A stretch of 64,000 nucleotides of DNA from Chitinivibrionales bacterium (GTDB lineage Bacteria; Fibrobacterota; Chitinivibrionia; Chitinivibrionales; JANQEN01), in the NCBI GenBank assembly GCA_028278335.1, contig JANQEN010000251.1, forward strand, positions 2,925 through 66,924. Reading direction: 5' to 3'. How positions within the stretch are numbered: position 1 is the stretch's first letter; each line of letters opens with the position of its first letter. Shown one piece after another: positions 1 through 9,597 of this stretch. The position numbers and the translations under genes are program-made. The notes under the pieces were generated by a model, which did not search any database, was not told the DNA's origin, and was given only the letters and a program-made list of their open reading frames with translations.

Positions 1-1542
1 TGGTGTTGTTCGTGTAATCTGTGGTTTCGGCGTCGGTTTTGGTTTGGGCTTTGGTGTTGTAACTCGCGGTGTTGGTTTCGGTGCTGGAGCAGCCTTGCTG
101 AGCACAAAATGTTTTTTTACAATGCCACCGGTATACTCAAAGCTCATTGTCTTTTCTTTATAGCCACTCTTACCTACCTCAACTTCTACACTACCGTATA
201 CCGAAGGGTCTTTCCACGTATAGGGGGTAGTACCTAAAACGCGACCATCGGACTTCACAATTGCTCCAGTAGGGTAGGAAGTTACAATAATTCTCTTGAC
301 GCTTGGTTGTGGTTTTGGTGTTGACACAACCTTTTTTGTTTTTTTAACTGGCTTGGAAACATACTTTTTCTTTGGTTTTGCCCTTGGCTTAGGTTTTGAA
401 ACACGTTTCGGTGGAGTTTTAACAACCTCTTCTACAACAGGCTCTTGGGTCTCTTCCTCTGCAGCGATCTCTTCACCTTCACCAGTTTCACCCTCTTCGG
501 AAGGTTCACCCAGTTGCGGCACCTGTTCAGAGACCGGCTCAACAACCTTGGGAGGAGTTTTATCCGCTTTTGTAGCAGAAGACAGCGTAAGCATATAATA
601 GGCGCCACCGCCAATAGCCATAATAACCAAAAGTAAGACAAACACCAAAAGGGGTGTTTTTTTCTTTTTAGGGGTAAATTTATCGTCAAAAAAACGATCC
701 TCTTCTGTCAAATCGGTGGTCAACTTCTCTTCCCGGTCAACCGGTGGTCTCATATCACCGCTATAAGGTTTAAACCCACGCACTTCCGGCTCTTCTGGTG
801 GTATTGGTGCTGCCGGTGTTTTAGCCGGTTCAAATTCAGGCATAGCTTTTTTGGGCTCAAAGGTCGGCATGGGCGGTTCTTTGACCTCAAAGGTTGCCTG
901 CTCAGGTGCAGCAGGAGGCTTTATTACTGGTGGAGCCTGCATGACTGGCGGTTGTTGTGGTGGAGGCGGTGGTGGCGGAGGCGGAGGTGGTGGTGGCGCC
1001 GCAGGGGTTGGAGTTGGAGCTGCCTGTGGAGGCGGTGCCATTGAAGCAATCGGTTCCTCACTCTCAGAGCCAACCGGTTTAAAGGCCTTACCCATTTCTG
1101 AACGAAAATCCTCAAACTCAGACATCGGTTTTTGAGGATCTGCCTCGGGTTGATAATCTTTAACTGCACTGGTATTAACTGCAGCGGTCTGTTGAATAAT
1201 TTCGTCAGAGGCTCGTTTAAGTTCCTCTTCGGTATCATAGATCCGTAAGAAATTCTCAACTCCTGCCCGATTAAGAATACGGCTCACCTCATCATTGGGT
1301 GAAAGCAATGTTAAATGGCCATACACTTTCAACACTTGATGATTGAGTTTGATAAACTTGTTGATTGAATCAGAATAAAGATAATCAACATCGCTGAGAT
1401 CCAACGCAAAATTACGTTTACCAGATTTAATGAGGTTGTCAACTGTCTCTTCCAGCATATTAGGATCAAATAGTTCATCTCCCTCTTTTACGGGAACTAT
1501 AATCTCAAAAAGGCCGCTAGTTTTAGTAGTGAAGTTGATAAT
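1..1542 (-). CDS. STAS (anti-sigma-antagonist-like) / proline-rich / TM / PEGA-domain protein; C-terminus cut by window edge
   Basis: Open minus-strand frame from position 1 up to a TAA at 1570-1572. It is not in the ORF track because it runs off the edge. My translation: ..NFTTKTSGLFEIIVPVKEGDELFDPNMLEETVDNLIKSGKRNFALDLSDVDYLYSDSINKFIKLNHQVLKVYGHLTLLSPNDEVSRILNRAGVENFLRIYDTEEEL (STAS-like), a long poly-Pro tract, a TM helix (LLVFVLLLVIMAIGGGAYYML), a K/P-rich linker, then IIVTSYPTGAIVKSDGRVLGTTPYTW (PEGA-like). The first in-frame ATG is at 1458, so the complete STAS fold needs a non-ATG start (for example ATT 1542). The start is uncertain. Confidence 0.7.
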   Translation of the reverse strand, partial: MINFTTKTSGLFEIIVPVKEGDELFDPNMLEETVDNLIKSGKRNFALDLSDVDYLYSDSINKFIKLNHQVLKVYGHLTLLSPNDEVSRILNRAGVENFLRIYDTEEELKRASDEIIQQTAAVNTSAVKDYQPEADPQKPMSEFEDFRSEMGKAFKPVGSESEEPIASMAPPPQAAPTPTPAAPPPPPPPPPPPPPQQPPVMQAPPVIKPPAAPEQATFEVKEPPMPTFEPKKAMPEFEPAKTPAAPIPPEEPEVRGFKPYSGDMRPPVDREEKLTTDLTEEDRFFDDKFTPKKKKTPLLVFVLLLVIMAIGGGAYYMLTLSSATKADKTPPKVVEPVSEQVPQLGEPSEEGETGEGEEIAAEEETQEPVVEEVVKTPPKRVSKPKPRAKPKKKYVSKPVKKTKKVVSTPKPQPSVKRIIVTSYPTGAIVKSDGRVLGTTPYTWKDPSVYGSVEVEVGKSGYKEKTMSFEYTGGIVKKHFVLSKAAPAPKPTPRVTTPKPKPKPTPKPQITRTTP

Positions 1543-1588
1543 ATCCCCCCTTTGCGAGATATTAAAAGATTATATGTTTAGGGAATAA

Positions 1589-1662
1589 TACGCCAGGCGG
1601 GATTCGAACCCACTACCTTCGGCTCCGGAGGCCGACGCTCTATCCAGATGAGCTACTAGCGC
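1589..1662 (-). tRNA. tRNA-Arg (anticodon CCG)
   Basis: Reverse complement GCGCTAGTAGCTCATCTGGATAGAGCGTCGGCCTCCGGAGCCGAAGGTAGTGGGTTCGAATCCCGCCTGGCGTA folds as a cloverleaf: 7-bp acceptor stem, GCTC/GAGC D-stem, TCGGC/GCCGA anticodon stem with loop CUCCGGA, and a GGTTCGAATCC T-arm. No CCA is encoded. Confidence 0.9.
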
Positions 1663-1897
1663 ATAATTTTCAATTCTAACATTATATAATAGTACGCAAC
1701 TAAAAATATAATAATATAATTTTGAATTTGGAAAGAAAATGTTTTTTAATATTAACCATTCTATAATATACATGAAAATATTCTATTGTTCCAAGGAACC
1801 AAAATCAAATTAATGACTTACTACGATTTAATCATTACAAAATTTATAAGTTTAAAAGCTAATTATTTAAAATCCTCCAGAATCCCCCAAAAAAATA

Positions 1898-4066
1898 TCA
1901 CTCAGCTAAATGCTGAGAAAGCCTTGAATATCGTTGCAGTGCCTGATTATTATTAACACCAATGGCAAAGGCCTTTGTCATTCCCACCAGGATACAAAGT
2001 GCTTTTGCCCGTGTTAAGGCTGTATAGATTAGGTTCCTCTGAAGCATGATAAAATGCTGCGTCATGATTGGCAGGATAACTGTGTTAAATTCACAGCCTT
2101 GACTCTTATGGATGCTGATGCAATAGGCATGCACCAACTCATCCAAATCTTTGAGCTGATAGGATACACTCTTCCCATTGAAACTGACGAGCAAACCCGC
2201 ATCCTCTACAGCATCGATCACAAAGCCAATATCTCCATTAAAGACATTGTTATCATAATTGTTGTGAATCTGCATCACCTTGTCACCCACTGCAAAGGTG
2301 GTATCACCACGGGTTACTCCTTTTCGATTGGGATTCAACCGTTGCTGAAGCACTGCATTGATTGATTGCGTTCCCAATATTCCCCGGTGCATCGGTGACA
2401 GCACTTGAATATCTTTTACCGGATCGATTTGGTATCGATTGGGTACCCTTTTTACAACAAGATCCACAATCGTTTCTAAGCACTGTTGCGGTTCCTCTTT
2501 GGAAAGAAAAAAACAATTATCCTGTTCCTTATTTGTAAAGATCGGTACCATCCCATCAATGATCTCATGGGCAGCAGTGACGATTCTACTTTTTGCGGCT
2601 TGGCGAAAAATCTTGGTAAATACCACATGGGGAATGATCCCACAAGCAATCATATCTGCTAACACATTGCCGGCCCCAACCGATGGCAATTGATTGCTAT
2701 CACCCACAAAGATTAACGTTGCATGCTTTGGAATGGCACTGAGAAGATCACGCATCAAAAGCGTATCAATCATAGATACTTCATCACAAATAAGAACATC
2801 CACCTCTAAAGGATTCTGACTGTTCCGAGTAAAGGGGTTGCCACTCTTTTGCGGGTTATATTCGAGGAGCCTATGGATGGTTTTTGCTTCTAAACCCGAT
2901 ATGGAGCCCATCCGTTGGGCTGCTCTACCTGTGGGTGCGGCCAAGGCAATACGTAGACGGCAGTCTCTAAAAAAGGAGACTATCACTTGAAGCGTGGTTG
3001 TTTTTCCTGTACCAGGGCCTCCAGTAATGAGTATCATGGTGTTTTTAATTGCCCTATGAACGGCTTGGATCTGTTTTTCATCTCCCTGCCAGCCTGTTTT
3101 TTGCGAGTAACTCTTAAGCCAAGGCTCTATTGTTTTAGCCTGTTCTGGAGAAACGAGGCGCTGTTGGTTAGTAATCTTTTCCCGTAGCTTTTTTGCAACA
3201 GCCTTTTCCGCATGAAAGTAGAGTGGTAAATAGAGCCTCTCCTCCTCATTGATAATCACACGCTCCTGCACAATATGGTCTAGAGAAAAAATAACCGCCT
3301 CTTGGGGTATCTCCAGCAGTTGGGCGGCACGGTCAACCACCTCATTTTTAGGTACATACACATGGCCCTCTCCAGAGGCCTCTTGAAGCACAAATATGAT
3401 CCCCGCCTTAATTCGTCGATAGGAGTCTTCACTAAAGCCCATTTGCTTTGCTATGGCATCGGCCTTTTTAAAACCGACTCCCCAAATATCATCGATTAAT
3501 TTATAGGGATTTGAGGAGATTACCTCCTTGGCCTTCTCTCCGTAGGCCTTGTTGATTTTGTGTACCATGTTGAGGGAGATCCCAAACTCCTGAAGAAAAA
3601 GCATGAGTGTTCGAAGGTGACTCTCTCGTCCCCAGGCTTTGACAATACCTGCAAGTCGCTTTTTCCCAATCCCAGGGACCTCTCGAAGACGTTCAGGCTC
3701 ATTGTCTAGAATATCGAGGGTTTTATCACCAAAGGTATCCACAATCAAAGTTGCCCGAGTCTGGCCTATCCCTGGAACCAAGCCAGAACTTAAGAGAAGA
3801 TGAATTCCCCCTTTAGATGTTGGACGGACCAGTTCAAAGGCCGAGACACTAAATTGTGGCCCATATCGTTTGTCAACAACCCACTCACCCTTTGCGGCTA
3901 TTGACTCACCCGATTCAACTGATGGAATAATTCCTACACAGATATGGCTCTTCTGTGAGGACTCTTCAAGAAGGCGAAGAACAGTAAAACCATTTTCTTC
4001 ATTGCGATACGTTATGCGCGACACAACACCGGTTATCTGTTCCATAGATACTGATGTTTCTTTCAC
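1898..4066 (-). CDS. recD2: ATP-dependent RecD-like (RecD2) SF1 DNA helicase
   Basis: 722-aa ORF. It has an N-terminal OB/HhH region, Walker A ITGGPGTGKTT, DEVSM (Walker B) and C-terminal motifs SIHKSQGCEF / YTALTRAK typical of RecD2. Confidence 0.9.
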   Translation of the reverse strand: MKETSVSMEQITGVVSRITYRNEENGFTVLRLLEESSQKSHICVGIIPSVESGESIAAKGEWVVDKRYGPQFSVSAFELVRPTSKGGIHLLLSSGLVPGIGQTRATLIVDTFGDKTLDILDNEPERLREVPGIGKKRLAGIVKAWGRESHLRTLMLFLQEFGISLNMVHKINKAYGEKAKEVISSNPYKLIDDIWGVGFKKADAIAKQMGFSEDSYRRIKAGIIFVLQEASGEGHVYVPKNEVVDRAAQLLEIPQEAVIFSLDHIVQERVIINEEERLYLPLYFHAEKAVAKKLREKITNQQRLVSPEQAKTIEPWLKSYSQKTGWQGDEKQIQAVHRAIKNTMILITGGPGTGKTTTLQVIVSFFRDCRLRIALAAPTGRAAQRMGSISGLEAKTIHRLLEYNPQKSGNPFTRNSQNPLEVDVLICDEVSMIDTLLMRDLLSAIPKHATLIFVGDSNQLPSVGAGNVLADMIACGIIPHVVFTKIFRQAAKSRIVTAAHEIIDGMVPIFTNKEQDNCFFLSKEEPQQCLETIVDLVVKRVPNRYQIDPVKDIQVLSPMHRGILGTQSINAVLQQRLNPNRKGVTRGDTTFAVGDKVMQIHNNYDNNVFNGDIGFVIDAVEDAGLLVSFNGKSVSYQLKDLDELVHAYCISIHKSQGCEFNTVILPIMTQHFIMLQRNLIYTALTRAKALCILVGMTKAFAIGVNNNQALQRYSRLSQHLAE

Positions 4067-4228
4067 CGAAACAAAACGGTAAAAAGGAGTATGGAGAAAT
4101 GAAAAAAAGAGAGATAGAACTATACTCTATCCCTCTTGAGATTTTTGCCTGATCTAAAGCAGCTTTTTGAAACTAAGACACTGTGGCAGGTTCCATTCAA
4201 AAGCCTTCTTTAAAAAACACAGGTCACA

Positions 4229-4324
4229 TTATACTTTACGTTTTTTATGTCTATTGAGGCGTCTACGCTTTTTTCGCTTGTGTTTAGCGATTTTGGCCTT
4301 TCTGTGCTTTTTAACGCTTGCCAT
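4229..4324 (-). CDS. 31-aa highly basic micro-protein, ribosomal protein bS22 / AURKAIP1-COX24-like
   Basis: Not in the ORF track (<60 aa). ATG 4324 to TAA 4229-4231 gives MASVKKHRKAKIAKHKRKKRRRLNRHKKRKV. The M-[AG]-S-V-x-KK..RK...KHK.RK..RR pattern matches the bS22 small basic protein family. Confidence 0.55.
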   Translation of the reverse strand: MASVKKHRKAKIAKHKRKKRRRLNRHKKRKV

Positions 4325-4775
4325 TAAATAGAGTCCCTTTCTACAGTTAAGTGCTACCCAAATTAAAAACAATTCCAAAATATCAAAAATTTGGGCTCTG
4401 TAAAATGAGTTGTGCCAAAGGCATTGTCAAGAATGATGCAATCAAAAATAAAACAGACAGATCATGTAATCATAACTTATTAATAACATATTTGGCGAAA
4501 ACATCTCTATTTTAATACACCTCGTACGAGCGTTGAAAATTAAATCCTTTCCCTTGCTAACTAACATAGAGAATCATATTTTTGATCGAACGTGCAATTT
4601 TCTTGTTTCTCCAATAAACTTAGGAGCAGGAAAAAATCCTGGTTAGTAGGTCATTCTTCCAGTGATTGAGCTATCATAACCCCCAAGGACCCCTTTTCCT
4701 GAAATGTAATAATCATAATAGAAAATTGAAAACTGATATTCTAGTTAAGGAAAAAAATAGGGAAACTAAACTGCT

Positions 4776-7670
4776 ATGCCTAGATTGTTCGACCTCCTTT
4801 CAGACCGCTCTGATAAGGAGGCATTGAAAAAGCTTCAACAAAAAGCAATAAAACATAAAAAAGGTTCATCCCAGGGAAAAAGGATTGCATCTCGGAATCC
4901 CTCTCAAACCGCCAAAATCCGACTTCCCAACTATGTTGCCTTGGATGTGGAAACAACCGGTCTGGATCCAAAGCGGGATCGGATTATTGAGATTGGTATA
5001 GTACGTTTTATCAATGGAAAACCACGGGAAGAGTACGCCACCTTTGTTAATCCCGAACGAGCAATTCCACCGGCTATATCGGAGTTAACCGGAATTACAG
5101 ACCAAGATGTTGCCTCTGCACCATTATTTAAGGAGATCATGGAAGAGGTTTTGGAGTTTATTGGTAGCCTTGCCTTTTGTGGCCATCAGATAGATTTTGA
5201 CTTCTCCTTTTTTAATTCAGAGCTTAAGCGGGCTCATCATGATCCGATTAGAAACTGGCAATTAGACACAGCATCACTATCACGCCTACTCCTGCCAAAC
5301 CTTCCCGGCTATAGCCTAGGTCAAGTTGCAAAAAGTCTCTCTATCACTTTGGATCAGGCCCATCGAGCACTTGACGACGCCCGTGCTTCCGGGTATATCG
5401 CCTTAAACCTCATACCAAAACTCGAATCAATTCCTCTGCGATCTCGATCAATCATGGGTCGCTTTGCTCCCCCTTCAATGCTTAAGACCATTCTTAACCA
5501 TTCAATAAAACAGGTAGATATTCCCGCGAAAAAAATTCCGGTTCTCATTAGTAAAAAACAGGAAAAGCTTTCTCTACCAAAGGAACCAGACAAACTTGAC
5601 AAAGAGATTGTATCTCACTGCTTTTCACAATCGGGAGAGCTATCCCAAGCTATTCCCAACTATTCTTGCCGAAGCTCTCAAGAAAAAATGGCTACCATGG
5701 TAACTGATGCGCTCAATGAACAGTGCCATTTTATTGCTGAAGCTGGCACGGGTACGGGAAAATCATTGGCCTATGTGGTGCCTGCTGCATTGTGGGCTAA
5801 AAAGAATAATTGTCGCGTGCTTATTGCCACCTATACCAAAAACCTCCAGGATCAATTGGTGCAAAAGGAGTTGCCGGTTGCAAAAAAAATCGCCGGTAAA
5901 GAGTTCCGTTACTCCCTGTTGAAGGGGCGATCCAACTACCTATGCAGACTTCGTTGGAATCGTTTTTTAGCCGGTGAATTGGGCAACCTCTCCGCGCGGG
6001 AACGACTGGGGATTTTACCACTTATCAAGTGGGCCGAAGAGACTACCTGTGGGGATATCGAAGAGCAGAATCAGTTCAACCGGAAGTGGTATCCTAAGGT
6101 ATGGTCGCTTATCTCAGCGGAATCTCAGGGATGCCTTAAACGACAGTGCCCGCTCTTTCAGTCCTGCTTTTTGCAGGCTGCTCGATATAAGGCACAGACA
6201 TCACATGTGGTGGTCATTAACCATGCTCTCTTTTTCTCAGAGATCTGCTCTGAATCATCCTTTTTGGGAAAAATGGGACCAATTATCTTCGATGAAGCAC
6301 ACCATATAGAATCCTGTGGGCATAAACATTTAAGAAGTGAGCTGGATACCAATCGTATCAATCGCCACATTGAACTCTGCAACAATCTTACAAAATCACT
6401 TGACATAAAGGACAGCACCGAAGAATCTCTTGCTTATCTAAAAAAGTATAAAACTATTCTTAAGCGATACCGAAAAAACAGCACTCAGTTCCTTCAAGAC
6501 ATTGCAGCATGGGCCAAAGATACAAGTAAAGAGAGTGGCACATCAATGGGAGACAACTTCTTTCAGATTGCCTATAGGGACAATCCCTTTAGTGCGCAAT
6601 CGGGCCTCTCCGGTTTTCAATTGGTGCTTAAGGATTTAATAGATTTTCTCTACACCAGTCACCAATTCTATAGTGATAAAGAGGAGGAGGCCTTTGAGGT
6701 TCTTCTGAGTGACATTACGGGATGCCTTGATCAAACCTCTCAGCTTAAGGCAGATACCGCTTACTTGACAAGTGCACTTACTGAGGACCATGTCTTTTGG
6801 ATCGAGGGTGACACCCGTAAGGGATGGATAAAATTATGTGGTGTACCCCTGGATGTGGGAAACCTGCTCTATTCACTCTGGAAACAGAACAATCACGCCT
6901 TGATATTCACGTCGGCTACGCTGCTCATTTCCGATTCAACGGAATATTTTAAAAAGAGAGTGGGCCTTATTAAAGAACAGGATGAACGGACCTTTAGTGA
7001 ATCCTTTAAAAGCCCCTTTGCCCAGGACCAGATGCTTACCTGTGCATTGGCAAGTGATCTTGCTCCAGACAGTGCAGGGTATTATGACTATGTAGCCCAG
7101 ACTGTTGTCATGCTCAGCGCCTCCTTTAACAAAAATATTCTGGTACTCTTTACCGCCAATACTATGTTGGAGAGGGTTTACTCGCTTTTGCGTAAGTCAA
7201 AGGAGCTTCCCGCAGATCGAACGATTCTTGCACAGGGTTTTTCCGGAACCCGCGCATCGCTTTTAGAACGGTTACAGGAATCTCAGGGATGTATTCTTTT
7301 GGGAACCAACAGCTTTTGGGAGGGAATAGACGCTCCTGGAGAGGCCTGTGAAATGGTTGTTATGCCACGACTGCCCTTTATTGTACCATCCCACCCGCTG
7401 ACCCAGGCACTGAGTGAGCGTATCGCCCTTAATGAGGGAGATGCTTTTTTCAACTATCATGTACCAGAGGCTCTTACCCGTTTTAGGCAGGGAGCAGGGA
7501 GGCTCATTAGGACCGTAAATGATCGTGGGGTTTTTCTCGTCCTTGACAGCCGACTCATCACAAAATCCTATGGAAAAATATTTCAACGTTCCTTGGATAA
7601 TGAATTTGAAATTATCCCAAACCATGAGGCTATGCAGGAAAGAATTTCTATATTTTTCTCTCAAGCATAA
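4776..7670 (+). CDS. dinG: DinG-family helicase with N-terminal DnaQ-like 3'-5' exonuclease domain
   Basis: 964 aa. The N-terminus has ALDVETTGL..IIEIG (ExoI) and HRALDDA (ExoIII). Then comes the Rad3/XPD-type helicase with AGTGTGKS (Walker A), FDEAHH (DEAH box), Cys residues in the Fe-S region and C-terminal FWEGID / RFRQGAGRLIR. Confidence 0.9.
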   Translation: MPRLFDLLSDRSDKEALKKLQQKAIKHKKGSSQGKRIASRNPSQTAKIRLPNYVALDVETTGLDPKRDRIIEIGIVRFINGKPREEYATFVNPERAIPPAISELTGITDQDVASAPLFKEIMEEVLEFIGSLAFCGHQIDFDFSFFNSELKRAHHDPIRNWQLDTASLSRLLLPNLPGYSLGQVAKSLSITLDQAHRALDDARASGYIALNLIPKLESIPLRSRSIMGRFAPPSMLKTILNHSIKQVDIPAKKIPVLISKKQEKLSLPKEPDKLDKEIVSHCFSQSGELSQAIPNYSCRSSQEKMATMVTDALNEQCHFIAEAGTGTGKSLAYVVPAALWAKKNNCRVLIATYTKNLQDQLVQKELPVAKKIAGKEFRYSLLKGRSNYLCRLRWNRFLAGELGNLSARERLGILPLIKWAEETTCGDIEEQNQFNRKWYPKVWSLISAESQGCLKRQCPLFQSCFLQAARYKAQTSHVVVINHALFFSEICSESSFLGKMGPIIFDEAHHIESCGHKHLRSELDTNRINRHIELCNNLTKSLDIKDSTEESLAYLKKYKTILKRYRKNSTQFLQDIAAWAKDTSKESGTSMGDNFFQIAYRDNPFSAQSGLSGFQLVLKDLIDFLYTSHQFYSDKEEEAFEVLLSDITGCLDQTSQLKADTAYLTSALTEDHVFWIEGDTRKGWIKLCGVPLDVGNLLYSLWKQNNHALIFTSATLLISDSTEYFKKRVGLIKEQDERTFSESFKSPFAQDQMLTCALASDLAPDSAGYYDYVAQTVVMLSASFNKNILVLFTANTMLERVYSLLRKSKELPADRTILAQGFSGTRASLLERLQESQGCILLGTNSFWEGIDAPGEACEMVVMPRLPFIVPSHPLTQALSERIALNEGDAFFNYHVPEALTRFRQGAGRLIRTVNDRGVFLVLDSRLITKSYGKIFQRSLDNEFEIIPNHEAMQERISIFFSQA

Positions 7671-7744
7671 TTCACCTCTTACCGGGGCTGGATATAAAAC
7701 AAAAGAGAAGTATGATTTGTTACCATGATTTATACTTGTAGAAT

Positions 7745-8257
7745 ATGATGAAACAACTTCTTTTAATTAAACAATCCTTGCTATTTGTAAGCGCCTTAGT
7801 TTTTATAGGGTGTGGTGTTTATACGTTTCAAGGCTCGTCCCTTCCCAGTTACTTGAAGACTGTTGATATACCTCTTTTTATCAACAGCTCTCTTCAATCG
7901 GGGATTGCCGAGGTGATCACCGTGGAATTACAAAATAACGTACAGGAAAATCGCATTTTAGAAACCGTTCCCGATAATGGTGATGCAACCATTAATGGAA
8001 AGGTTCTTAGTTATAAAAACCATCCCTACATTTATGGGAGCCAGGCAAATCGACAGGTAGAGGTCTCCTCCTATTCTGTCACCATCTCTGTTGAGGTTGA
8101 GTTTTTAGACAACCAAAAGGATAAGCCCCTTTACAAAGGTGTTATCACCGAGGATGGGGTCTACAACTTTGAAACCGAAACTGAAGAGGATGGACGAAGT
8201 AGGGCAATTAAAAAAATAATTGAACGAATAATGCAAAATTCAGTGCAGGGTTGGTAG
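7745..8257 (+). CDS. Lipoprotein, LptE-like (LPS-assembly lipoprotein family)
   Basis: 170 aa with a lipobox (VFIGC). Length and the alternating pattern (KTVDIPLFINSS..., ...GKVLSYKNHPY..., YSVTISVEVEF) resemble FCB-group LptE-family proteins. The assignment rests on recall, not a search. Confidence 0.5.
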   Translation: MMKQLLLIKQSLLFVSALVFIGCGVYTFQGSSLPSYLKTVDIPLFINSSLQSGIAEVITVELQNNVQENRILETVPDNGDATINGKVLSYKNHPYIYGSQANRQVEVSSYSVTISVEVEFLDNQKDKPLYKGVITEDGVYNFETETEEDGRSRAIKKIIERIMQNSVQGW

Positions 8258-8282
8258 TACTCAGAAAGGATTAAAAAGCACT

Positions 8283-9113
8283 ATGCAGTTTCTAAAAATG
8301 GAAGGATTGAGTAACGACTTCATTGTCACCCATGGCCTGACTGAGGATATTCTATCCCGTGCTATAGAAAAGGCACCCTTGCTTTGTGATCGTCGCAGGG
8401 GGATTGGGGCCGATGGCATTATTTTTGTCCTTCCTGGGGAATCAGATTCCGCTGATTTCCAAATGCGCATAATCAACTCCGATGGTAGTGAACCTGAAAT
8501 GTGTGGCAATGGTATTCGCTGTTTTATGGTGTACACCCATGCAATGAGCCTTACCCAAAAGAACAGCCTCTCAATAGAGACCAAGGCCGGGTTAATAAAA
8601 ACAGAGTTTTTTAACGAAGAAATCAAGGTTGATATGGGGTCACCGATTTTAGCTGGAGAAGAAATCCCCACAACCATGCGTGGTGGACCACTGTTACAGG
8701 TGCCCTGTGAGGTTGATGGAAAAGAGTACCCTATTACCCCAGTCTCAATGGGCAACCCTCATGGAGTACTCTATGCTGACTCGCTTGATGATGATCTTGT
8801 TTTGGGAGTGGGCCCAAAATTAGAGTCACACCCCTTCTTTCCCAACAAGGCAAACATTGAATTTATCCGTGTTGTCAACAATAGCGAAATTGACATGCGG
8901 GTTTATGAGCGGGGTTGTGGTGAAACCATGGCCTGTGGCACCGGCGCCTGTGCTGCAGCTGTATCAGGTATATTAAATAAGAAACATGACAATCGTGTTA
9001 CGGTTCATCTTTTAGGTGGTGATTTGCTTATAGAGTGGGATGGGAATACAGATCACTCAGTTTTTATGACAGGCCCTGCCCGGATTGCTTTTCGTGGAGA
9101 GGTTGACCTTTAG
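8283..9113 (+). CDS. dapF: Diaminopimelate epimerase
   Basis: 276 aa. It starts FLKMEGLSNDFIV and has the two catalytic Cys motifs (EMCGNGIRC and ETMACGTGACA). Confidence 0.92.
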   Translation: MQFLKMEGLSNDFIVTHGLTEDILSRAIEKAPLLCDRRRGIGADGIIFVLPGESDSADFQMRIINSDGSEPEMCGNGIRCFMVYTHAMSLTQKNSLSIETKAGLIKTEFFNEEIKVDMGSPILAGEEIPTTMRGGPLLQVPCEVDGKEYPITPVSMGNPHGVLYADSLDDDLVLGVGPKLESHPFFPNKANIEFIRVVNNSEIDMRVYERGCGETMACGTGACAAAVSGILNKKHDNRVTVHLLGGDLLIEWDGNTDHSVFMTGPARIAFRGEVDL

Positions 9114-9124
9114 CAGAGGGTGCC

Positions 9125-9448
9125 TCAAGCCAAAAGATCTATTACATCGCCTAGCATTTCATCTTGAGTCTTTGCAACTCGAACATTAGCCTTTAGGTTC
9201 TGCTTATTCCGGATCTGCTCTACGCTCTCCTTAGCCAAATCAGTATTTGACATTTCACCGCTTCTATTTGGAGTTTTAGTGATGTGACTTATTCTGGTCC
9301 CCCGCGGTTTCGCCTCTGTTTGATGAGCAGTAGATTCTTCAAAACCTTTAGTGTTGATATTGGCAATATCATGGGCAGAAATGTCCTGCCGAGTGATTGT
9401 ACTCTTGATACCGGAAAGCGAAGGAGAAAAGGATATACGCATAAACAC
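9125..9448 (-). CDS. Short flagellar basal-body rod-type protein
   Basis: 107 aa. It carries the N-terminal rod signature (ISAHDIANINTKGFE) and a C-terminal TDLAKESVEQIRNKQNLKANVRVAKTQDEMLGDVIDL segment like the rod/hook C-terminal helix. Confidence 0.6.
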   Translation of the reverse strand: MFMRISFSPSLSGIKSTITRQDISAHDIANINTKGFEESTAHQTEAKPRGTRISHITKTPNRSGEMSNTDLAKESVEQIRNKQNLKANVRVAKTQDEMLGDVIDLLA

Positions 9449-9597
9449 CTCACCATAAAAATGTGCTGGTATACTTTAATTATACTGGCAATTTGCTAAA
9501 AAAACAATTGAAACAGGGTGAAAGCTTAGATCGGCGCACACCAATTGTGGACCAACGCCTCTCAGTGTCTATCGCATATGATCCAATTGCAATTTTT

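Noticed and set aside
296-1259. Track ORFs 296-598(+), 432-689(-), 445-636(+), 851-1135(+) (poly-Gly) and 924-1259(-).
   Set aside because: All lie within or antisense to the long uninterrupted STAS/Pro-rich/PEGA reading frame. The poly-Gly ORF is simply the complement of the poly-Pro tract.
1589-1897. tRNA-Arg as an integration site or island boundary.
   Set aside because: There is no integrase, no recombinase and no visible direct repeat of the tRNA 3' end in the neighbourhood. The flanking genes are housekeeping.
1898-7670. The divergent RecD2 and DinG-exonuclease helicases as a nuclease-helicase defence pair.
   Set aside because: Both match standard housekeeping repair helicases in length and motifs. 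No accessory defence-type partners (methylase, ATPase-nuclease pairs, TIR/SIR2 and similar) are adjacent.
8261-8755. 164-aa minus-strand ORF overlapping dapF, and similar antisense ORFs (for example 13105-13557, 14686-15673, 35162-35560 and 40358-40717).
   Set aside because: Each is antisense to a gene with clear family motifs and has junk-like composition. They are shadow ORFs of AT-rich coding sequence.
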